Positions 57,783 to 64,000 of a DNA stretch of 64,000 nucleotides are shown here, piece by piece. The stretch spans positions 3,424,001 through 3,488,000 of the forward strand of contig OY970192.1 of assembly GCA_963708135.1 (NCBI GenBank). The letters run 5' to 3'. The notes below the pieces were generated by a model. That model saw only the letters and a list, made by a program, of their open reading frames with translations, was not told the origin of the DNA and made no database searches. The position numbers and the translations under genes are program-made. The stretch's first letter is position 1; each line of letters begins with the position of its first letter. The stretch is from an uncultured Gemmatimonadales bacterium. GTDB taxonomy: Bacteria; Gemmatimonadota; Gemmatimonadetes; Longimicrobiales; RSA9.

Positions 57783-58217
57783 CTAGATCTCGCGCCGCCC
57801 CTCGACGAGCAGCTTGATGGTGGCGGCCTGCGGGGCGGCGGGCTCGGCTGGGCGCGAGAGCACGGAGGCCGCGCCGCGCTCGGGCAGGTGCAGCACGACG
57901 TGGCCGGCGGGATCGCCCGCGTAGGGGGCGGCGCGCCCGGTCGCATCGATCTGGTAGACGGCTCCGGGGCCCTCCAGCCGCTCGGCGAGGGCGCGGCCGT
58001 ACTCGATCCACTCGGCCACGGGATCCGACTCGCCCGACGCCAGGCGGGGGAGCAGGACCTCCTCGTAGTGACGGCTGGCGGCCGCGAACGCCTCCGCGTC
58101 GGCGGCCCTGAGCCGCTTCAGCCGCGCGCGGCACTCCGGGCGCGGATCCTCCAGGCCGGCGGAGGCGAGCGCCCCGTCCAGAGCGCGGTCGGCGCGCATC
58201 TGCGCTTGATCGGGCAT
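57783..58217 (-). CDS. Hypothetical protein
   Basis: Coherent ORF filling the gap between rho and the PRTase gene; no recognisable motif. Confidence 0.6.
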   Translation of the reverse strand: MPDQAQMRADRALDGALASAGLEDPRPECRARLKRLRAADAEAFAAASRHYEEVLLPRLASGESDPVAEWIEYGRALAERLEGPGAVYQIDATGRAAPYAGDPAGHVVLHLPERGAASVLSRPAEPAAPQAATIKLLVEGRREI

Positions 58218-58365
58218 GGCTCAGGATGGGCCGCCCGCAGCCGCGGCGTCAAGCGGTGCGGCCCGGGTCTTGAAAGGCAGCCCGGCCGCCGGAGCGGCTT
58301 TCATCGCGGCTGCGGTCGCGCTATCTTCGGAACATCATCCCGGACCCGCGCCAGGACGGTTGCCG

Positions 58366-58905
58366 ATGCCTCTCCCCAACGTCGCGCCCAAGCGTATGCA
58401 GGAGCCGCAGGACCGCGTCCTCGAGCTCAACTGGGACGTTTTCGGCGAGCTCTGCCGGGGCCTCGCGCTGAAGGTGGCGCAGAGCGGCTACGACCCGCAG
58501 ATCGTGGTGGGCATCGCCAAGGCGGGGGTCATCCCCGGCGCGGTGATCGCCTCGATCCTGCAGTGTGACTTCTTCTCGATGAAGATCAGCCGGCGCGCGG
58601 GCGCGGACCAGGTGCGGGAGCGGCCGGCGATCCTCTCGGCCGCGCCCGCGCAGGCGGCCGGCAAGCGGGTGCTGGTCGTGGATGAGATCTGCACGACCGG
58701 CACGACGCTGCGCATGGCGGTAAACGCGATGCGGAACGTCCGCGCTGCGGAGATCCGCACGGCCACGAACTTCGCGAAGGCGGGCAAGTACCGCCCGGAC
58801 TACTACGCCATGGAGACCGCCGCCAAGGTGATCTTCCCGTGGGACCGGGTCATCGTGGATCACGGCGAGGTGGTCACGAACCCCATGTACGAGGGGCTGA
58901 TCTGA
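58366..58905 (+). CDS. Type I phosphoribosyltransferase (purine PRTase-like)
   Basis: VVGIAKAGVIPG, VLVVDEICTTGTTL, PDYY..IFPW. Confidence 0.88.
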   Translation: MPLPNVAPKRMQEPQDRVLELNWDVFGELCRGLALKVAQSGYDPQIVVGIAKAGVIPGAVIASILQCDFFSMKISRRAGADQVRERPAILSAAPAQAAGKRVLVVDEICTTGTTLRMAVNAMRNVRAAEIRTATNFAKAGKYRPDYYAMETAAKVIFPWDRVIVDHGEVVTNPMYEGLI

Positions 58906-58970
58906 GCTGTCCGCGGCGGCCGGGAGCTCCCGGCCGCCGCTCCGCGCGACCCGACACACCCTCCCTCCCG

Positions 58971-60410
58971 CTACTCGGCCACCACGCTGGGATCCTCCAG
59001 CTCCTGCGCCCGCGCGGCGGTTGGCCGCCCGAGCACCGCGCGCACGAGCGCATCCCACCACGCGGCGCTCTGTTCCTCCCGGTCGCGGTAGCCGTCGAGC
59101 GCCACCCAGGTGCGCGCGTGGATGGCGGCCGCGCGCTCGGCGGCCTCGGCCGGCGAGATGCCGGCGTCGCGAAGCCAGCGCCGGCCGATCTGCGTGTGCA
59201 GCACCTCGTCGGCCCAGTCGTAGTCGTGGAAATGGGCGGACAGGGCATCGCCGGCGGCTTCCGCCGTGTCCCGCTCCGAGCGCTTGCCGGTCTCGGCCGG
59301 CATGAGGCTCTGCTCGATGGCGAAGAGGAGGATCTCGCGCTCGAGCGGGTCCGCGTGAAGGTTCAAGCGCAGCGAGAAGCCGACATTGAGCGGGATGCGC
59401 CTCCAATCCACGCCCCGCGCCTCGAGGGCGACCTCGCCCATCATCGAGTGCCGGGCTTCATCCCAGAGCTGGCGCGCGTAGTCGAGCTGGAACTGCCATG
59501 GCCGGTCCCTCTCCTCGGACAGGAAGGATGCCATCATCTCCGGCACGTCCATCTCGAGGAGCCGCTTGCAGAGGAGCGCCAGGTTCCGCTCGTCGGCGGG
59601 GATATGGGCCATGCGGGCGAGGGCGTGCGGCGGAAAGACGAAGTTGTAGCTCCCGCGGAAACGGGCGTCCCGACGGGGCTGGAAGCTCGGCGCGGGCGCA
59701 GCGGCCACGCGCGAGACCGGCGGCGCCGGCGACGTCGCCACGCGGTTCTCCGGGGGCGGGTCCGCCCCCCGGGCCCGGTCCCGTCCGTCCGGGGGCAGGC
59801 CGTCGACCCCGCCGGCCGCCTGCAGCCAGCCCTGCACGTGGCGCTCCCAGTCCGCCGCGCGCGCCGCCGTCTGCGCGCCCCGGGCCGCGAGCGCGGCGAG
59901 CGCGGCGCGGCCCCACGAAATGGCCTCCTCTTCCTCGAGCAGGGCGAAGCGCAGGATGCGGCGGGTCGGGTGGTCCACGAGCGGGTTGGTCTCCGCCATG
60001 TGGCGGCGGTACGCGGTCGCCAGCGCGGGCCGGAGCGCGCCGTAGATGGCCGCCAGCAGCTCCACCGTGCCGGGCGCGGCCTCGAGCTCGGCGAGGGCCG
60101 CCTCGAGCGCGGGGTCCGGCGCCACATCCAGGCGCGGCACGGGGTGGCGCATCTCGTGGATGCGCCGGCGCAGCGCCTCCGTGTGCTCGGCGTCCTGCCA
60201 CTGGTGCAGCGAGAAGGCGCCCTTCACCTCCCACTCCGGCGTACCGGCCAGCCGGGCCAGCGCGATTCCCATCAGGCGCCGCTCCACCCAGTGGTAGCGC
60301 AGCAGGCGGCGGACATTCTCCTCGACGGAGAGGCCGACGCGCGCTGCGGCCGCGTGGGTGGTCACGCCGGCCAGGGGTGGGATAGCGTCGAGAGGCTCGG
60401 ATCGGTTCAT
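58971..60410 (-). CDS. Tandem ferritin-like (DUF455-like) putative diiron protein
   Basis: QDAEH in the N-half; LEM, WDEARH, IEQ and ADEVLH in the C-half. Confidence 0.7.
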   Translation of the reverse strand: MNRSEPLDAIPPLAGVTTHAAAARVGLSVEENVRRLLRYHWVERRLMGIALARLAGTPEWEVKGAFSLHQWQDAEHTEALRRRIHEMRHPVPRLDVAPDPALEAALAELEAAPGTVELLAAIYGALRPALATAYRRHMAETNPLVDHPTRRILRFALLEEEEAISWGRAALAALAARGAQTAARAADWERHVQGWLQAAGGVDGLPPDGRDRARGADPPPENRVATSPAPPVSRVAAAPAPSFQPRRDARFRGSYNFVFPPHALARMAHIPADERNLALLCKRLLEMDVPEMMASFLSEERDRPWQFQLDYARQLWDEARHSMMGEVALEARGVDWRRIPLNVGFSLRLNLHADPLEREILLFAIEQSLMPAETGKRSERDTAEAAGDALSAHFHDYDWADEVLHTQIGRRWLRDAGISPAEAAERAAAIHARTWVALDGYRDREEQSAAWWDALVRAVLGRPTAARAQELEDPSVVAE

Positions 60411-60679
60411 TCGCGAAGCTCCTGGGGTGGGTCGGCGCCGCTGTCGTGGACGTAGTCCATCGGGCCGGAACGGTCGAAGAGGGAGCCGAGGCGGTCGTCG
60501 CCGAGCGAGCCCAGCCCCTCCTCGTCCGGCACGTCCCGCTCAGACACCTCGACCACGTGGTAGGCGCGCTGCGGGTTGCTGACACAGCTGAAGACCACGG
60601 CGCGCACGCCCGGATGCGGATCGTGCCTGTCCATCCGCGCCTCCCACGTCTCTCCGTCCCGCTCGATTCTCGGTCTCAT
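60407..60679 (-). CDS. Hypothetical small protein
   Basis: MRPRIERDGETWEA..VVFSCVSNPQRAY; ATGA overlap with the ferritin-like gene. Confidence 0.65.
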   Translation of the reverse strand: MRPRIERDGETWEARMDRHDPHPGVRAVVFSCVSNPQRAYHVVEVSERDVPDEEGLGSLGDDRLGSLFDRSGPMDYVHDSGADPPQELRE

Positions 60680-60838
60680 GCCCTCGCTCCGGCTGAAGGA
60701 TCCCACCAGCCGGTCGGGTGCACCCCCCGTACCAGCGCCGCCGGCGGAGCCCCGCGGACGCGAAGCGCACGGCCGGGCCGGCGCGGCATTCTTCTGGCAC
60801 GCCTGCCCCGGAGGCCCCCCGACGGGAGGGAGGAACCG

Positions 60839-61471
60839 ATGCAGCGGAAGACCGCCGCCCTGGCCCTGACGCTCCTCGCCCTGGCCGGCTGCGGGCGGAC
60901 CGGACCCAACTCCGCCGCCACGCGCCGCGACACGGCAGCGCTGCCGCCGGCTACGCCGGCTCCCCGGGGAACGCGCCCCGCCGTGCTGAACGACAGCCTC
61001 CGAATCGAGGCGATGACGGAGCCGTTCATGTTCCGGCTCCTCCGCTCGCCGCCGGCTTTCCCGCTCCCCTTCAGCGTCTACATCCCCGAGGACATGGTCG
61101 CCTCGGTCGTGGGCGACACGGTCCGCATCTCGGCGCGCTTCGCCGGACGGCTCCGGCCCAGCGCCGGGCTCGCCGTCGTGGCGCTGCCGGCGGGACTCGA
61201 CGCGGCCGAGGCGCGCGCGCGGGCGCGCCAGGCGGCGGACGCCATGGGCGGCGGCCCCTCCCGGCAGGTGAGCCCGCCGGACTACGTCTTGGCGCTCGCC
61301 GAGCTCCGGGCGGCGCAGCCGGCGGGGGCGCCGCGCGCGCTGGGGATCGTCGCGCTCGGCCGCCACGGGGGGCGCTACTTCCTCGTCGCCATCCAGTACC
61401 CGATGGAGATGGCGGACGGGATGGGCCCGCGCCTCGGGCGCATCCTGGACTCGTGGCGCTGGACGGGCTGA
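60839..61471 (+). CDS. Hypothetical lipoprotein
   Basis: LALAGC lipobox; GGAGG RBS; FSVYIPEDM..QYPMEMADG. Confidence 0.75.
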   Translation: MQRKTAALALTLLALAGCGRTGPNSAATRRDTAALPPATPAPRGTRPAVLNDSLRIEAMTEPFMFRLLRSPPAFPLPFSVYIPEDMVASVVGDTVRISARFAGRLRPSAGLAVVALPAGLDAAEARARARQAADAMGGGPSRQVSPPDYVLALAELRAAQPAGAPRALGIVALGRHGGRYFLVAIQYPMEMADGMGPRLGRILDSWRWTG

Positions 61472-61568
61472 CGCCGCCGCTCAGGGCTCCGGCCGGGCAG
61501 AGGGGTTGGCCCGCCGGACGGCGAGCCCACCGCTTTCTCGCGTCCGCGCCGGGCCCTACGTTCAGTCC

Positions 61569-62552
61569 ATGCGATACACGAAGCTCGGCGCCACGGGCGC
61601 CACCGTCTCCCGGATCGGGCTCGGCTGCATGAGCTACGGCAGCGCCCAATGGCGGCCGTGGGTCCTCGACGAGGCCGACGCCCGGCCCTTCTTCCGCCGC
61701 GCCATTGAGGCCGGCGTGAACTTCTTCGACACCTCCGACATGTACTCTCTCGGCGTGAGCGAGGAGGTGACGGGCCGCGCGCTGCGCGAGTTCGGCAACC
61801 TGGACGAGATCGTCCTCGCAACCAAGGTCTTCTTCCCGTTCTCGGACGCGCCGAACATGGGCGGCCTCTCGCGCAAGCACATCGTGCAGGCGTGCGAGGC
61901 GAGCCTGCGCCGGCTCGGGGTCGAGACGATCGACCTCTACCAGATCCACCGCTTCGATCCGACGACCCCGATCGAGGAGACGCTCGCCGCCCTCGACCAC
62001 CTCGTCCGCGCGGGCAAGGTCCGCTACATCGGCGCGAGCTCCGGCTGGGCCTGGCAGTTCGCCCGCGCGCTCGGCCTCTCGGAGCGGAACGGCTGGGCCC
62101 GCTTCGTCTCCATGCAGGACCACTACAACCTGCTCTACCGCGAGGAGGAGCGGGAGATGCTGCCCCTCTGCCGCGCCGAGGGGATCGCCGTGATCCCCTG
62201 GTCGCCGCTCGCGCGCGGGCTGCTGGCCGGCGCGCGCACCTCGCTCCAGGACCGCACCTCCACGACCCGGGCCGCCACGGACGAGTACGGCCACAAGCTC
62301 TACGGCGGCCCGGGCGACGCGGAGATCATCCGCGTGGTCGAGGGCGTGGCGAAGGAACGCGGCGTCTCGCCGGCCGAGGTCTCGCTCGCCTGGCTGCTCT
62401 CGAAGCCCGGTGTCACCGCGCCGATCGTCGGCGCCACCAAGCTGCCCCACCTCGAGGCAGCGATCCGCGCCGTCGAGCTCGAGCTGGAGCCGGAGGAGCT
62501 CGCGCGGCTCGAGGAGCCCTACCAGCCGCACCCGGTGCGCGGGCACGGCTGA
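61569..62552 (+). CDS. Aldo/keto reductase
   Basis: GLGCMSYG, FDTSDMY, ATKV, DLYQIHR, PWSPLARG. Confidence 0.95.
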   Translation: MRYTKLGATGATVSRIGLGCMSYGSAQWRPWVLDEADARPFFRRAIEAGVNFFDTSDMYSLGVSEEVTGRALREFGNLDEIVLATKVFFPFSDAPNMGGLSRKHIVQACEASLRRLGVETIDLYQIHRFDPTTPIEETLAALDHLVRAGKVRYIGASSGWAWQFARALGLSERNGWARFVSMQDHYNLLYREEEREMLPLCRAEGIAVIPWSPLARGLLAGARTSLQDRTSTTRAATDEYGHKLYGGPGDAEIIRVVEGVAKERGVSPAEVSLAWLLSKPGVTAPIVGATKLPHLEAAIRAVELELEPEELARLEEPYQPHPVRGHG

Positions 62553-62559
62553 AGCGCCT

Positions 62560-63894
62560 TCAGGCGGCCCGGGAACCGCCGCCCGCGCCGCGCGCGAGTC
62601 GCACCCGCACCGTCCGCCCTGTCGCCGCGCGGTAGCCCACCTCGATCGCCGCCGCCAGGGCAAGCATGGCGGCCAGCGCCCAGAGCCGCGCCGGCGCCGT
62701 CCGCGCCACCTGCCAGACCAGCGCGGTGAGGGCCGCGAGGCACAGCACGACGCCCAGCGCGGAGAGCGCGCGGCTGCTCGCCGCCTCCCGGTACAGCCGC
62801 CAGCTCGCGCCGCACACCGCCGCGAAGATGAGCAGGAACCCGGCGCTGCCCATGGTCGAGATGCTGGAGAGGTCGAACAGGTTGGCCACGGCGATCGTCA
62901 CGGCGGCGGTCAGCACGAGCCCCTCGAGCGGCTGCCTCCAGATCCGGCGCTCGAGCACCGCCGGCAGCTCCCCGTCCTTCGCGATGATGTAGCTCACGCG
63001 GCTGGCGCCGTAGAGCGTGGCGTTGATCGCCGACGCCGTGGACAGGAGCGCCGCGGCCGCGATGAGCGTGAAGCCGGCCTGCCCCAGCCGCGGCCGCGCC
63101 GCCTCCGCCAGCGCGTAGTCCTGCGCGGCCGCGATCCGGTCGGGCGCCAGGCTGCCGACCGCCACCACCGAGACCAGGATGTAGAGGACGATGACGAAGG
63201 CCACGGACGCGAAGAGGGCGCGGGGCAGCGTCGTCTGCGGCGAGCGCACGTCGGCCGCAGTGTTCGCGATCAGCTCGAACCCCTCGTAGGCGAGGAAGAT
63301 GATCATGCCACCGGCGGCGAGCTGGACCGGCCCGGCCCACGCCGCGGGCGCGAGCCGCGCCCACGACACGCCGCCCATGCCGACCGCCACGAAGAAGAGC
63401 AGGATCGCCAGCTTCACCGCCACGATCACGTTCTCCGCCTCGCCCACGCGCTTCGCGCCGGCGGCGTTCAGCACCGACAGCAGCACGATCACGCCCGTGA
63501 TCAACAGGTGCCTGGCGAGCGGCCGCGCCGCGGCCGAGAAGAAGCTCGCGCCGTAGCTGCCGAACGCGTACGCGTACAGCGCCAGCATCACCGTGTAGCT
63601 GATCCACAGCAGCACGTTCAGCGTTCCGGTGACGCGGCCGGCGCCATACGCGCGGTTGAGGAACGTCACGGTCCCGCCCTCGCTCGGGAAGGCGACGGAG
63701 AGCCGCGCATAGCTGTAGGCGGCGGCCAGCGCCACCGCCCCTGCCAGCGCGAAGGCCGCGGGGGTGCCCCCGCGCGCGAGCCGGACCGCCAGCCCGAGGA
63801 CGGCGAAGATCCCGCCGCCCACCATGCCACCAATGCCGATCGAGGCCGCGGACCAGAAGCCCAGCGCACCTCCGCCGCTCGTTTCCCGTTCCAC
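62560..63894 (-). CDS. APC family amino acid permease
   Basis: GGMVGGGIFAVLG, FPSEGG, FLAYEGFELI; about 12 TM segments; start uncertain. Confidence 0.9.
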   Translation of the reverse strand: MERETSGGGALGFWSAASIGIGGMVGGGIFAVLGLAVRLARGGTPAAFALAGAVALAAAYSYARLSVAFPSEGGTVTFLNRAYGAGRVTGTLNVLLWISYTVMLALYAYAFGSYGASFFSAAARPLARHLLITGVIVLLSVLNAAGAKRVGEAENVIVAVKLAILLFFVAVGMGGVSWARLAPAAWAGPVQLAAGGMIIFLAYEGFELIANTAADVRSPQTTLPRALFASVAFVIVLYILVSVVAVGSLAPDRIAAAQDYALAEAARPRLGQAGFTLIAAAALLSTASAINATLYGASRVSYIIAKDGELPAVLERRIWRQPLEGLVLTAAVTIAVANLFDLSSISTMGSAGFLLIFAAVCGASWRLYREAASSRALSALGVVLCLAALTALVWQVARTAPARLWALAAMLALAAAIEVGYRAATGRTVRVRLARGAGGGSRAA

Positions 63895-64000
63895 GGCGGC
63901 CAATGTAGGTGTCGCGGGCGCGCCTGACGAACGGCGGCAGACCGGGCGCGGAGGGAGCGCTCGACTGGCGCCGGCGACGTTCGGCGCCGAGTATGGCACG

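Overview
Very GC-rich, gene-dense bacterial chromosomal segment. Gene content and protein style suggest Gemmatimonadota; this is an inference, as there is no rRNA marker. About 70 CDS are present, mostly housekeeping: cysQ-like phosphatase, long-chain acyl-CoA ligase, folE with two QueD/PTPS paralogues, nfo, ppa, metK, fumC, PBP1A, trxB, a ferredoxin-NADP reductase, asd, lysC, mlaDEF, mqnA and rho. I found no tRNA, rRNA, CRISPR array or transposase. Most notable: (1) a five-gene secreted locus at 13.2-18.3 kb that looks like a non-canonical chaperone/usher-type fimbrial system, with three paralogous pilin-like subunits and sigma54/enhancer-like upstream sites; (2) a PTPS-II/FolE/SDR/PTPS-I-III operon resembling a biopterin pathway, directly downstream of an unannotated 6S-like RNA; (3) a SAM-II-type riboswitch coupled to an intrinsic terminator before metK; (4) two uncharacterised signalling modules; (5) a frameshifted dicarboxylate symporter; (6) a structured repeat-containing intergenic region at 39.0-39.7 kb. 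All family calls are from motif recognition by eye; no database search was run.
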